From the NCBI GenBank assembly GCA_039803205.1, contig JBDRYB010000010.1:1-56828 (forward strand): a stretch of 56,828 bases of DNA, written 5' to 3'. Positions 28,790-38,735 of this stretch are shown here, one piece after another (within the stretch, counting starts at the first letter, position 1; every line of letters begins with the position of its first letter). Below the pieces are notes generated by a model. It ran no database searches and was not told the origin of the DNA. It worked only from the letters and a program-made list of their open reading frames with translations. The DNA comes from a candidate division WOR-3 bacterium. GTDB lineage: Bacteria > Hydrothermota > Hydrothermia > JBDRYB01. Position numbers and translations under genes: made by a program.

Positions 28790-28996
28790 TTACTTGATTC
28801 CATACCTTTCCTTGAAACGCCTCACCCTGCCACCCGCGTCCACCGTGGACTTTAGCGAACCGGTGTAAAAGGGGTGACACACGGAGCAAACCTCCACCTT
28901 CATCTTCTTTTTGGTTGAACCAACCTTGACCACATTGCCACAAGCACAAGATATTTCAGCATCAGGAAAATACTCTGGATGAAGCCCTTTTTTCAT
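28790..28996 (-). CDS. rpmE: 50S ribosomal protein L31 (Zn-binding type)
   Basis: MKKGLHPEY, CACGN, CSVCHPFYTG, GGRVRRF; start ATG 28996. Confidence 0.97.
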   Translation of the reverse strand: MKKGLHPEYFPDAEISCACGNVVKVGSTKKKMKVEVCSVCHPFYTGSLKSTVDAGGRVRRFKERYGIK

Positions 28997-29006
28997 AATC
29001 TTTCTC

Positions 29007-29351
29007 CTATGCCAAGAATCCCAGCCTATCAAGCTCCCTGAGGAGCGATGTGATGTCCCGGAGCGCGCCCTCTTTATGAATTCCATAGCGTTTGCTCATC
29101 ATAGCCGCTATCCAGGACACATCATGCCCTCCGGCCATCACCATTTCCGCTATTTCCCCTCCGGTTGAATTCAGCCTCACTGAGAGAGGGCCTCGCCTCA
29201 GCACGAATTCCTCTCCCTGCCAACTTCCGCTCGTCCCGTTTTTCAGCCTTGGAACCCATCTAGCCGGAAGGGGGATTTTCCGCAGGGCCGCATACAATAG
29301 GAGGCTTCCAGCGCCCATGAGGGCGCTTTTCAAAAATTTCCTCCTAGTCAT
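29007..29351 (-). CDS. PqqD/RRE-family protein with N-terminal twin-arginine signal
   Basis: TRRKFLK plus hydrophobic stretch, then LNSTGGEI...IAAMMSKRYGI....ALRDITSLLRELDRLGFL. Promoter TTGACA-17-TAGAAT supports the 29351 start. Confidence 0.7.
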   Translation of the reverse strand: MTRRKFLKSALMGAGSLLLYAALRKIPLPARWVPRLKNGTSGSWQGEEFVLRRGPLSVRLNSTGGEIAEMVMAGGHDVSWIAAMMSKRYGIHKEGALRDITSLLRELDRLGFLA

Positions 29352-29395
29352 AGGCCTATATTCTAAGGTTTTTGACATGGCCTGTCAAGTCCTAA

Positions 29396-29468
<73 letters not shown>

Positions 29469-29487
29469 CCAAAAGCGTTCCATGCGA

Positions 29488-29559
29488 AGCGGGAGACGGG
29501 ATTTGAACCCGCGACCTCCTGCATGGCAAGCAGAAGCTCTACCACTGAGCTACTCCCGC
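29488..29559 (-). tRNA. tRNA-Gly(GCC)
   Basis: GCGGGAG acceptor stem, anticodon loop TT GCC AT, GGTTCAAATCC; promoter TTGACT-17-TAAAAT upstream. Confidence 0.95.
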
Positions 29560-29678
29560 AGGGCCATAATTTTAATGCCTCGCGCGGCGGCCAGTCAAAC
29601 ATCACCTTGACGCCGGTCTTCAACTTTGATCCTCGTTGTGTCCTCGTTTTAAAATTTGTCCAAAAAGGAGAGATCAAG

Positions 29679-30953
29679 ATGTTTCTTGAGGAGCTTTATA
29701 AAACCGATCCTGAGATCTTTGACGCTATCTACAAGGAGATCGCCCGTCAGCACGAGGGCCTCGAGCTCATCGCGTCCGAAAACTTCACCTCGCTTGCTGT
29801 CCTCGCGGCCCTCGGCAGTCCTCTGACTAACAAGTATGCGGAGGGCTATCCGGGAAAGCGCTACTATGGAGGTTGCCAGTTCGTTGATGTGGCAGAGGAA
29901 CTGGCTCGCAAGCGCCTTTGCGAGCTGTTCGGGGCTGATTGGGCAAATGTCCAGCCCCACTCAGGGACACAGGCAAACATGGCCGTCTATTTCGCCGTGA
30001 TGAACCCCGGGGATACCTTGCTATCCATGGAGCTCTCTCACGGGGGCCATCTTTCCCACGGCCATCCCGTCAACTTCACGGGAAAGTGGTATCGGGTCGC
30101 GAGCTACCGCGTGAATCCGGATGATGAGCGCCTTCACATGGACGAGGTAAGGGCTGTCGCGCTTGAGACCAGACCAAAGGTCATTGTCTGCGGATACTCC
30201 AATTATCCCAGGACGATAGACTGGAAGGCATTCCGCGATATAGCGGACGAGGTTGGGGCGTATCTTCTCGCTGATATAGCTCATATCGCTGGCATGGTCG
30301 CCACTGGTTATCATCCCTCGCCAATCCCATACGCTCACTTCGTCTCCACCACGACTCACAAGACCCTCCGTGGCCCCAGGGGGGGCGCTGTAATGGCGCA
30401 GAAGGAGGTGGCTGAGATCCTGGACAAGTCCGTTTTCCCGGGAATGCAGGGAGGGCCTCTCATGCATGTAATCGCCGCAAAAGCAGTGGCCTTCAAAGAG
30501 GCCATGTCCCCTGAGTTCAAACAATACCAGGGCCAGATAGTTCGCAACGCGAAGGCCCTCGCTGAGACCCTGATCTCAGAGGGCCTGAGGCTCGTTTCCG
30601 GAGGCACTGACAATCACCTCATGTCCGTAGATCTGAGGCCCCAGGGCTTGACGGGAAAAGAGGTTGAGGAATTCCTGGGTAGGGCTGATATAACCGTGAA
30701 CAAGAATACCATTCCATATGACCCACAGAAACCCTGGATCACTTCGGGCATACGCATAGGCGTCCCTGCGGTTACAACCAGGGGCATGAAGGAGCCTGAG
30801 ATGGTTATAATCGGGAAGCTTATCGCAAGGGCTATAATCTCAAAAGGGGATCCGGCTGTTCTTGAGGAGGTCAAAAAAGATGTAAAGGAGCTGACCGCGG
30901 CCTTTCCTCTCTATAAGGCTCTCAGGGAGAAGATGCTGGCAATAATGGGATGA
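29679..30953 (+). CDS. glyA: Serine hydroxymethyltransferase
   Basis: [52 protein letters not shown] before ATG 29679. Confidence 0.97.
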   Translation: MFLEELYKTDPEIFDAIYKEIARQHEGLELIASENFTSLAVLAALGSPLTNKYAEGYPGKRYYGGCQFVDVAEELARKRLCELFGADWANVQPHSGTQANMAVYFAVMNPGDTLLSMELSHGGHLSHGHPVNFTGKWYRVASYRVNPDDERLHMDEVRAVALETRPKVIVCGYSNYPRTIDWKAFRDIADEVGAYLLADIAHIAGMVATGYHPSPIPYAHFVSTTTHKTLRGPRGGAVMAQKEVAEILDKSVFPGMQGGPLMHVIAAKAVAFKEAMSPEFKQYQGQIVRNAKALAETLISEGLRLVSGGTDNHLMSVDLRPQGLTGKEVEEFLGRADITVNKNTIPYDPQKPWITSGIRIGVPAVTTRGMKEPEMVIIGKLIARAIISKGDPAVLEEVKKDVKELTAAFPLYKALREKMLAIMG

Positions 30954-30964
30954 CCTGAACCCCT

Positions 30965-32800
30965 TTATTTAAGGATAGCCTCATCCGAGACAATCCTGTT
31001 GCCCTTTTTCGTTATTCTAAAGTATATTCCTCTGGGCAATCCCACATCCTCTCCCCTTCCAACCAACCTTCCGCTCGCGTCATATATCTCGGAATCATAA
31101 TGAGTGTTCTCGGATACGAGTTCTCTCGTTGGAGCAAAACCCTCATCCGTCTGGTAGAAAACCTTAACGCTGTCAATCCTGAAAAGGGTCGTGGTCTTGT
31201 AGTCAAGCCCGATAACCAATCTGTATTGAAGCCTGTCTCCAGTTCCAGCAGGACCCGTTGGCATACCTTGTTCATCCATCCTTATCCACGGCCCCCAGCA
31301 CGCTCCTCGGCCCGCCCTTACCCACACCGAGACGCTCATGTCTCCTGGTATTTCCCCAAATATCTTCGCTGAGTCAAGCGAGCATATTATCTTTCCCGGT
31401 ATGTATTGGGATGAGAGGTATCTCTCGGTCGGGGTTCTGTCGTAGATGTTTCCCAGGTCAGTCCAAACGCAATCGTTAGGCGCCCAGACATCTATCCTCT
31501 TTCGGTTGGAGATGTCAAATCCGTGGGGTGAGTTCCAGTATACGAACGACCAAGGGCAATACTGGCCCCAGGACGCCATCTCGTTCCCTATAAAGACATC
31601 CGGAAGCCCATCCTCGTTCCAATCCGCTATCATGTTTCCGTGGGCACCGAGTGTAGGAAAAGAATCCTTTGGCCCCCAGATGTAATCTGGCCCGTATAAC
31701 AGATAAGAGTATGCCTGAAGGGTCTCCGCGCCATGGGTCCCCTTTGCCCAGTTTGATATGAGCATATCCAGGCGTCCATCCAGATTTACATCGTATACAG
31801 TTATGTTTGAGGAGGCTATTCCTGGTAGGTCAGTGAAGGGAACCTGTTTCATGCCCCAAAAGATCCTGTCCTTCGTGTAATACCCCTGGTTGTCCTTTCC
31901 GTTAACCGCTACTATGTCAAGCCATCCGTTTCGGTCAAGGTCAGCTACCTGGGATTCCCAATTGTTGCTGACTGGGAACCAACTCGTGTCCCATGTGCCA
32001 TAGGTCCCAGCGCTGTTGCCCCAGTATATTATCATGTTTCCCTCCCACCCAGTCGTGTTAGTAGCGTTTGAGGGGAAAACTATGTCCAGAAAGCCATCCC
32101 CGTTCAGGTCCGCTATAACGGTCGGGTGGCCCCCAAAGCTCGGCAAGGGACAAGGGTAGAAAGTTTTTCCAGAGGGGGAAAGCCCGTAAAGGATATAGGA
32201 ATTAACCTCCCAATTTCCGTTCTCATGGTCTACAGCGTTTGCGACTACAAGGTCAAGAACCCCGTCTCTGTTCAGATCAGCGGGTTGAATGCCCTGCGCG
32301 CCGATGGAATACGGGTATGGTATGGAGTCCAAAAGCTCAAAGCGCCTTCCACCAGCGTATGTGAATATGTATGAGCTCGGGAGGGGGTTTTCGTTCGTGA
32401 CCTCGTTAGCGACAAGAAGCTCAGGGTTCCCGTCCCCGGTTATATCAGCGATGAAGATGCCGTTCGCCCACATGGATGGTAGTCCTCCGGGGTTTATCTC
32501 GCTACTCTCTGTCAGATCAGGCCCCCAATAGACGAGGCTAGGGCCTATGCACCAAGATGCAACCGGAAGGTCAAGAAAACCATCGTCGTCAATGTCCAGG
32601 TCCTGGCCTATGATCCTCAACCCACCAGCAAACGGCGAGTATATCCGCGAGCCAGTAAACCATGTTCTCAGGGCCTTGGTATCCCAGAGCGTCGCTGTGT
32701 CTCCTCCGAGGTAATGATACTCCCTTCCATCGGAAAAGTCCTCGTGCGACGACTCCGTCCACACTCCTTGAAAGCCCAGAACAGATGCTATGAGAACTAT
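30965..32800 (-). CDS. Secreted FG-GAP/VCBS repeat protein with T9SS-like C-terminal tail
   Basis: Repeated ADLNxDGxLDIV units; C-terminal IYDASGRLV...LPRGIYF. Frame is open upstream of GTG 32764 to an ATA at 32800 that adds a hydrophobic N-terminus. Confidence 0.8.
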   Translation of the reverse strand: MVLIASVLGFQGVWTESSHEDFSDGREYHYLGGDTATLWDTKALRTWFTGSRIYSPFAGGLRIIGQDLDIDDDGFLDLPVASWCIGPSLVYWGPDLTESSEINPGGLPSMWANGIFIADITGDGNPELLVANEVTNENPLPSSYIFTYAGGRRFELLDSIPYPYSIGAQGIQPADLNRDGVLDLVVANAVDHENGNWEVNSYILYGLSPSGKTFYPCPLPSFGGHPTVIADLNGDGFLDIVFPSNATNTTGWEGNMIIYWGNSAGTYGTWDTSWFPVSNNWESQVADLDRNGWLDIVAVNGKDNQGYYTKDRIFWGMKQVPFTDLPGIASSNITVYDVNLDGRLDMLISNWAKGTHGAETLQAYSYLLYGPDYIWGPKDSFPTLGAHGNMIADWNEDGLPDVFIGNEMASWGQYCPWSFVYWNSPHGFDISNRKRIDVWAPNDCVWTDLGNIYDRTPTERYLSSQYIPGKIICSLDSAKIFGEIPGDMSVSVWVRAGRGACWGPWIRMDEQGMPTGPAGTGDRLQYRLVIGLDYKTTTLFRIDSVKVFYQTDEGFAPTRELVSENTHYDSEIYDASGRLVGRGEDVGLPRGIYFRITKKGNRIVSDEAILK

Positions 32801-33297
32801 TCCTCTACCCTCCTTATGACGAAGTCCTCCTCAGGCATGAAACCCTCAATCCTCACCCTGTAAAGATAATACCCATCTGAGAGGCGTTCCGGCTCTCCGC
32901 TTAGCGGATAAGAAATGCTCGCCCTCCACGGGGTCAGCGCTGAGAACTCCGCCCACTCAAGCGGCTTCCCCCACGCCTGGGTCGTTGTGGTTATGTATCT
33001 ATAAACACCGCCAGGAAAGCGTTGTTTATAGACAACCCCTATCTCAATGAGGCTGTCGGAGCCGAAGTCCACGCACATCACCCACATCTCTCCTCTTCTC
33101 TCGATCTTGCAGTTTTTCGTGGATATGAGCGAGAAATCCGTTCCCTCCTCTGGCAGAGGATAAAGGAGGCAGAACCGCGAGCCCAGCTCAGAGCGCATGA
33201 AATATGTGGCGTCAACCTTCAGCGTATCTCCTATTACGGCGCAGTGTATCCTCTCCGCGTAAAAATCCAGCGCGAGAAGGATTACCAAGATGTTCAT
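32797..33297 (-). CDS. Hypothetical secreted protein (DUF4424-like)
   Basis: MNILVILLAL N-terminus; YRYITTTTQAWGKPLEWAEF motif; TAAAAT 6 nt before ATG 33297. Confidence 0.5.
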   Translation of the reverse strand: MNILVILLALDFYAERIHCAVIGDTLKVDATYFMRSELGSRFCLLYPLPEEGTDFSLISTKNCKIERRGEMWVMCVDFGSDSLIEIGVVYKQRFPGGVYRYITTTTQAWGKPLEWAEFSALTPWRASISYPLSGEPERLSDGYYLYRVRIEGFMPEEDFVIRRVEE

Positions 33298-33390
33298 GCT
33301 CAAATTTTACTCTACGGACCCTGGGCTTTGCAAGGGTAGCCAGGGCCGCGAAAGGAATGAGGTAGGGCTTCTGGATTATAATATATTACC

Positions 33391-35589
33391 ATGCTTGTCC
33401 TGCTTCTTGTTTCGGGTTCGCTTTCCGGCCGCATAACGGACAGCGAGACCGGAGACCCCGTGCCTTTTGTTGGCGTCAAGGACATCACGACTGGTCAGGG
33501 GACGATATCAGACGGAGATGGCTTCTTCTTCATGGGAAAGCTTTCAGCTGGGAGACATGTTTTCGTCTTCACTCAGGTCGGATACGAGCCTGAGACAGTG
33601 AGCGTGATCCTGCCAGAAGAGGGAGTAAAGGAGATCTACCCAAGGCTGAGGCCACAGGCTGTGCTCACGAAGGAGATAGTCACAACGGGAAGGCGGCAGG
33701 AGTTTGAGCGCGAGCTCGCGCCAGTTAGGATAGAAACAGAGGCTCTGAGGACGATGCCCGTTTTTCTTGAACCGGATGTGATGAGGATATTGCAGGCGCT
33801 TCCAGGGGTTTCCGCGCCGAATGACTTCACGACCGCGCTTTATGTTCGCGGTTCATCTCCCTCTGAGAACCTCATCTTGGTTGATGGAGCGCCTGTCCTT
33901 AACCCGTTTCACATGGGCGGGCTCTTCTCAACCTTCTCAACGGAAGTGCTCTCGGGTCTTGAGTTCTGGATGGGTGGTTTCCCCGCGAGATATGGGGGGA
34001 GGATGTCCTCTGTCCTTGATGTTCAGACCAAAGAGGGCGATACCTCTGGATTCCACGGGTCCGCTGATGTGTCCATGCTCGCTTCTTCCGCATTTCTTGA
34101 GGGGCCTCTTCCCTTTGGCTCGTCATTTGCCTTTTCTGCCCGAAGGACATATTTTGATAAGGTCCTTCCCTTATTCATAGAAGACTTTGAATTCCCATAT
34201 TATTTTTACGACCTCCACGGCCGGGTTAGGGTTCCGATAAACTTCCGGACATGGCTCGGTTATACTTATTTCAGGTCTGGGGATGTGCTTGACTTTGAGT
34301 TTCCGGAGGAATACTACAGCATAAACATGGTCTGGGGTAATGTGGTCAACACCATGTCCTTGACATACCTCCATTCCCCTGAGACCTTCAGCAAGCTTGG
34401 GGTTTATCAGAGCTATTTCAAGATGGACATGAGCGAGGGAACAACCCTGCCATCCGCTCCGCCTTATGACTGGTTCAAGAACTCCTTGACATGCAAGGGC
34501 GGCCAGTATTCCCTCAACTGGAACAAGCTTGACGAGGCTTTTTCGTTTGGGATTGAATTCCAGGAAAACGATTATTACTACTATTACACCGTGGGCAACT
34601 ACGAGATCAGTGTTCGGGGAATACCATGGAGAACGGGGTCCTTCATTTCCTACAAGAACAAGCACGGTAGGCTCCTATACAATCCCAGCCTCAGGCTTGA
34701 TTACTACAAGGGTTTTTCGGATTTCATGAGAGCTGATCCCAGGCTTTCCCTCAAGTATTTTCTCACGGATGACCTGGCGTGGCTTCTCTCCGGTGGGGTC
34801 TTTCATCAGTATGAGATAGTCCTGAACCAGCAGGAGGATATCCTTCCGTTCGCCTATTTCTGGCTTCCGGTTCTGCCGGGCCACATTCCCCAGAGATCGT
34901 ATCACCTCATAACAGGGCTTGAACAGTGGATAAGCGAGGGTTTTACCCTAAAGGGTGAGGTATACTACAAGCGCATCCCCATATCCTACGATGCCAAGTA
35001 TTTGTATTACACCCAAGAGGGAATCGAGATGGACGAACCCGAGGATTTCGTTCTCTCCCCTGGATACTCCATGGGCGCTGACATACTTCTCAAGAAGGAC
35101 ATAGGCTCCCTGGTTGGCTGGGTTGGCTACTCTTACTGCTATGCACAGCGCCATCAGGATGGAGTCGGCTGGTATTTCCCCTCATATGAGAAACGCCACA
35201 ACGCCAACATATATCTCTCTTACAATATAGGGAGGTGGAGCTTTGGGACCCGGTTCAATCTATCCTCAGGGACCCCATACACGGCAAGGCTTGGGAGGTT
35301 CAGGAGGGTATATTGGACAGAGGACGGGGATATGGAGTATTGGTGGCTTTCCGTGTGGGGAAAGAAGAACAGCCTCCGGTATCCACCTTACCACAGGCTG
35401 GACCTGTTTGCTGAGGTCTCCTTCCACCTCTGGCGGCTTCCTTTGACCATAACCGGCACAGCGATAAACATCTACAACAACGAGAATGTCTTCTTTTACT
35501 ATATGGATTACTCCCAGGAGCCGCCGGTCCGTAATGTAATGAACCAACTGCCTCGTTTCTTCTCGATTGGGATAAGAAGCGAGTTCTAG
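33391..35589 (+). CDS. TonB-dependent receptor with carboxypeptidase-regulatory-like N-domain
   Basis: SGRITDSETGDPVPF, plug DVMRILQALPGV...YVRG...ENLILVDG, GGFPARYGGRMSSVLDV, YHRLDL, terminal Phe. Confidence 0.9.
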   Translation: MLVLLLVSGSLSGRITDSETGDPVPFVGVKDITTGQGTISDGDGFFFMGKLSAGRHVFVFTQVGYEPETVSVILPEEGVKEIYPRLRPQAVLTKEIVTTGRRQEFERELAPVRIETEALRTMPVFLEPDVMRILQALPGVSAPNDFTTALYVRGSSPSENLILVDGAPVLNPFHMGGLFSTFSTEVLSGLEFWMGGFPARYGGRMSSVLDVQTKEGDTSGFHGSADVSMLASSAFLEGPLPFGSSFAFSARRTYFDKVLPLFIEDFEFPYYFYDLHGRVRVPINFRTWLGYTYFRSGDVLDFEFPEEYYSINMVWGNVVNTMSLTYLHSPETFSKLGVYQSYFKMDMSEGTTLPSAPPYDWFKNSLTCKGGQYSLNWNKLDEAFSFGIEFQENDYYYYYTVGNYEISVRGIPWRTGSFISYKNKHGRLLYNPSLRLDYYKGFSDFMRADPRLSLKYFLTDDLAWLLSGGVFHQYEIVLNQQEDILPFAYFWLPVLPGHIPQRSYHLITGLEQWISEGFTLKGEVYYKRIPISYDAKYLYYTQEGIEMDEPEDFVLSPGYSMGADILLKKDIGSLVGWVGYSYCYAQRHQDGVGWYFPSYEKRHNANIYLSYNIGRWSFGTRFNLSSGTPYTARLGRFRRVYWTEDGDMEYWWLSVWGKKNSLRYPPYHRLDLFAEVSFHLWRLPLTITGTAINIYNNENVFFYYMDYSQEPPVRNVMNQLPRFFSIGIRSEF

Positions 35590-35651
35590 GGGATAGCCAG
35601 GGGCCCCTCGCGCCTCAGAGTTTCACCGGTATTATGCTATATAATTTGCCA

Positions 35652-36236
35652 ATGATCCTGAGCCTTTCTTTTGCGATGGCCCTCGTTTCAAAATCCCCTC
35701 CGGCCATAATCACTGGGGATGTCCAGGATGTGAAGAACTTTGAACTTCTGAGCTTTGTCGGAGACTTGTGTTCTGTTGATGTTGACAGAGATGGGAATAA
35801 TGAGAGATTCTTCGTTTCCGAGTCCCGTGGCTGGCAGGATGAGTGGATTGATGGGCGTTGGGTTGCTTATGAGGTTAGAACGAAACGCCTGAACGAGGCT
35901 CGTGGCAGTGATACTATTGGTGTCGCCTCATACACCTTCTCATTCCAAGCAGATGAGAAACCGCCTATGGTCTTTGCTTCGGTTGGTTTTCTGGATGCCA
36001 ACGAGGACAGGGTTTTGGATCTGATAATTGCCATTTGGGATGATGAGGGGTTTTCCGAGATGACCGTATACGATCTATCCGGGCTCAATGATGGCACGAG
36101 GCACAAGATAGCTACCCTCTCCCCGGACCTCAAGTGGCCCAGCTATGAATTTGCTTGGCCCAGGCTCATGATCAAAAGCCCTGCCGGCAAGCGTGAGTAT
36201 CTTTGGAGGGAAGGGAGTTGGATTGAGCTTGATTAG
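35652..36236 (+). CDS. Hypothetical secreted protein
   Basis: Hydrophobic N-terminus; DVDRDG and DANEDRVLDLII loop motifs; TATAAT 6 nt before ATG 35652. Confidence 0.55.
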   Translation: MILSLSFAMALVSKSPPAIITGDVQDVKNFELLSFVGDLCSVDVDRDGNNERFFVSESRGWQDEWIDGRWVAYEVRTKRLNEARGSDTIGVASYTFSFQADEKPPMVFASVGFLDANEDRVLDLIIAIWDDEGFSEMTVYDLSGLNDGTRHKIATLSPDLKWPSYEFAWPRLMIKSPAGKREYLWREGSWIELD

Positions 36237-36283
36237 CGTGGTTGATCCTCATTAACCCACTGCCCAATAATTTCCTGGTTCAG

Positions 36284-37192
36284 ATGAAATACATGCGAGA
36301 CGCGGTCGCGGATGTCCTGCCTGAGCTGGGTTTGGAGGATGAGCGCGTTGTTGTTCTTGATGCGGACCTTGGCCACAGCACGCGCGCCGCGGCTTTCGGA
36401 GAGCGTTTCCCGGACCGCTACTTCCAAATAGGCATAGCGGAGCAGAACATGGTCGGGGTCGCGGCTGGGCTTGCCGCGGAGGGGAAGATACCCTTTGTCT
36501 CAACTTTTGCCATTTTCGGAGCGAGGGCTTGGGAACAGATAAGGTTATCCGTTGCTTACTCTGGCCTTCCGGTCAAATTCATATTCACCCACGCTGGACT
36601 CGCTACGGGGCCTGATGGTGCGTCTCACCAGATGACCGAGGACATAGCTTTGATGGCCGCTGTTCCAGGGATGGCGGTTTTTACTCCCTCTGATTACGAA
36701 TCCGCGAGATGGGCCATACTCTCAGCGTATTCATGGCCCGGCCCCGCTTACATCAGGATGGTTAGGCCGAAGAGCCCGGTCATTTATCAACGGGATTCCC
36801 CTTTTTCTCCCACCGTGATACACGGGGCAGGAAATGTGGCCATAATCTCAACCGGGTTGCTGAGTCCGGTTGCTCTAGAGGCGCAGAGATTGCTATCTGA
36901 GAAAGGAATAGCATGCGCTGTCTACGATGTCCTCCGAGTGAAACCACTTGAACCCTCTTGGCTCGGAAGGGGTCACAGGGCTTTTGTGGTCGCGGAGGAT
37001 CATGTCAGACACGGAGGGCTTTTCTCGGTTGTGGCCCAATCTGTAGCTGAGAGCGGAGAACCCGTTAGGATGAAGGCCGTGAACGCGGGGGATTGTTTTG
37101 GCGAGAGCGGGGATACGGATGAGCTTTACGAGAAATACGGGTTCACCTCGGATAACCTGGCCCGCCTTGCTGAGGAGATAGCCCATGAGTAA
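36284..37192 (+). CDS. Transketolase C-terminal (pyrimidine-binding) subunit
   Basis: VVLDADL..ST, GIAEQNMVGVAAGLA, RAWEQIR, GPDGASHQ..EDIA, FGESG. Confidence 0.9.
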   Translation: MKYMRDAVADVLPELGLEDERVVVLDADLGHSTRAAAFGERFPDRYFQIGIAEQNMVGVAAGLAAEGKIPFVSTFAIFGARAWEQIRLSVAYSGLPVKFIFTHAGLATGPDGASHQMTEDIALMAAVPGMAVFTPSDYESARWAILSAYSWPGPAYIRMVRPKSPVIYQRDSPFSPTVIHGAGNVAIISTGLLSPVALEAQRLLSEKGIACAVYDVLRVKPLEPSWLGRGHRAFVVAEDHVRHGGLFSVVAQSVAESGEPVRMKAVNAGDCFGESGDTDELYEKYGFTSDNLARLAEEIAHE

Positions 37193-37859
37193 TGTCCTTG
37201 AGTTTCAAAGGGTATCAAAAAGCTACTTTGGCAAGGAGGTCCTTCTGGAAGCTGATATGACGGTTCGTGAGGGGGATTTCGTTTTTCTCATAGGCCCAAC
37301 GGGCATTGGCAAGACCACAACAATAAGGCTATCATACTTGGACGAGAAGCCGGACAAGGGTAGGGTGATTGTCCTCGGCCAGGACGCGCGAGGCCTCAAG
37401 AGGAGGGATGTTCAGGTGATAAGGAGAAAGATAGGGGTTATATTCCAGGATTTCAAGCTCCTAACGGATCGCTCTGTTCTCGATAATGTCTCTTTTGGGC
37501 TTGAGCTCGTTGGGGTTCGTTCCCAGGTAGCAAGACAGAGAGCAGAAGAGGCCCTCTCGGAGGTCGGCCTGGCAGACAGGGCTGGCGATGATGTTCAACG
37601 CCTCTCTGGCGGCGAGAAACAACGCGTTGCAATTGCGAGGGCTCTCGTGCGTGAACCCTTACTCCTTCTGGCTGATGAACCAACGGGCAACCTTGACCCT
37701 GAGGCCACGGCCCGTGTTGTTGAAACCCTCCGCTACGCCAACGAGGTCAAGGGCACAACGGTCCTCTTCGCCACCCACAACCATAACCTCCTTGAGGCGG
37801 TTCCCAAGGCGCGCGTTTTTTTCATTGAGGCGGGTAAGATAGAGGAGGTGAAGAGGTGA
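37185..37859 (+). CDS. ftsE: Cell division ATP-binding protein FtsE
   Basis: [47 protein letters not shown]; followed by ftsX. Confidence 0.9.
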   Translation: MSNVLEFQRVSKSYFGKEVLLEADMTVREGDFVFLIGPTGIGKTTTIRLSYLDEKPDKGRVIVLGQDARGLKRRDVQVIRRKIGVIFQDFKLLTDRSVLDNVSFGLELVGVRSQVARQRAEEALSEVGLADRAGDDVQRLSGGEKQRVAIARALVREPLLLLADEPTGNLDPEATARVVETLRYANEVKGTTVLFATHNHNLLEAVPKARVFFIEAGKIEEVKR

Positions 37860-38710
37860 AACCCATCCTCTCCGAATCCATCCGAGCCTACAGGGCGAAC
37901 TCACTGATGGCGTGGTTTTCGGTCATATCCTCCTTCTTGCTCCTCCTCCTTTTCGGCATATCATCAGTGATAACCCTTGGGGTTCTCGGCCTCCTCTCTG
38001 AGATGCGAAAGGACCTCTGCCTTGAGGTATTCATGAAGGACGACGCCACTCCCGCTCAGATAGCCCACCTTGAGTCCGTAGTGCCCCAGCTTGCTGGCGT
38101 CCAATCCATAAGGCACATAAGCAAAGAGAACGCTCTTGAAGAGTTCACGCAGGAGTTCCCCGAGTTCTCTGAGATACAGGGACTTTTGGGCGAGATCCCG
38201 CTCCCCGAGAGCTACAGAATAACCCCAAAGGAGAACTGGCGTTCGGCTGAGCTAATGGGCATGCTCGCCAAAAAGCTCTCATCTCTGCCGGGGGTTGAGG
38301 AGGTCTATTACGGCGGAGAGTTCCTCCAGGGAGCCGAGAGGGTTTATCGCTCCGTCCTTTTCGTGACAGCCGCTCTCTTTATCGTGGTCTTCGTGGCAAC
38401 CACCTTCATAATATTCCAGACCCTCAGGCTCACCGTCACATCCCGCAAGGATGTGATTGAGGTTGGGCTTCTGGTTGGTGCTCCGATATGGAAAATGAGA
38501 TTCCCATTCATGCTTGACGGTTGCCTTTATGGGCTTTTTGGCGGAGGGTTCGCGGCTCTGGCACTCATGGGTTTTGCCTGGGTTATAGGAAATGTCCTTG
38601 GGGTCAGAATTCCTGGTCTGGAGTGGGTCTTCGCCCTTCTCCCCCTTTCCGGGATATTCCTTGGGTTCATAGCCTCAAGCTCAGCCCTTTCGGAGGTGAT
38701 GGGAAGGTGA
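37856..38710 (+). CDS. ftsX: Cell division permease FtsX
   Basis: TM1, periplasmic ISKENALEEF..PLPESY, TLRLTV.SRK..IEV..LVGA....RFPF..G. Confidence 0.9.
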   Translation: MKPILSESIRAYRANSLMAWFSVISSFLLLLLFGISSVITLGVLGLLSEMRKDLCLEVFMKDDATPAQIAHLESVVPQLAGVQSIRHISKENALEEFTQEFPEFSEIQGLLGEIPLPESYRITPKENWRSAELMGMLAKKLSSLPGVEEVYYGGEFLQGAERVYRSVLFVTAALFIVVFVATTFIIFQTLRLTVTSRKDVIEVGLLVGAPIWKMRFPFMLDGCLYGLFGGGFAALALMGFAWVIGNVLGVRIPGLEWVFALLPLSGIFLGFIASSSALSEVMGR

Positions 38711-38735
38711 GTTGTTCTTTAAGGCGGAGGATACC

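Noticed and set aside
29560..29678. Riboswitch upstream of glyA
   Set aside because: The gap is filled by divergent promoters for tRNA-Gly and glyA; no ZTP, glycine or THF aptamer consensus seen
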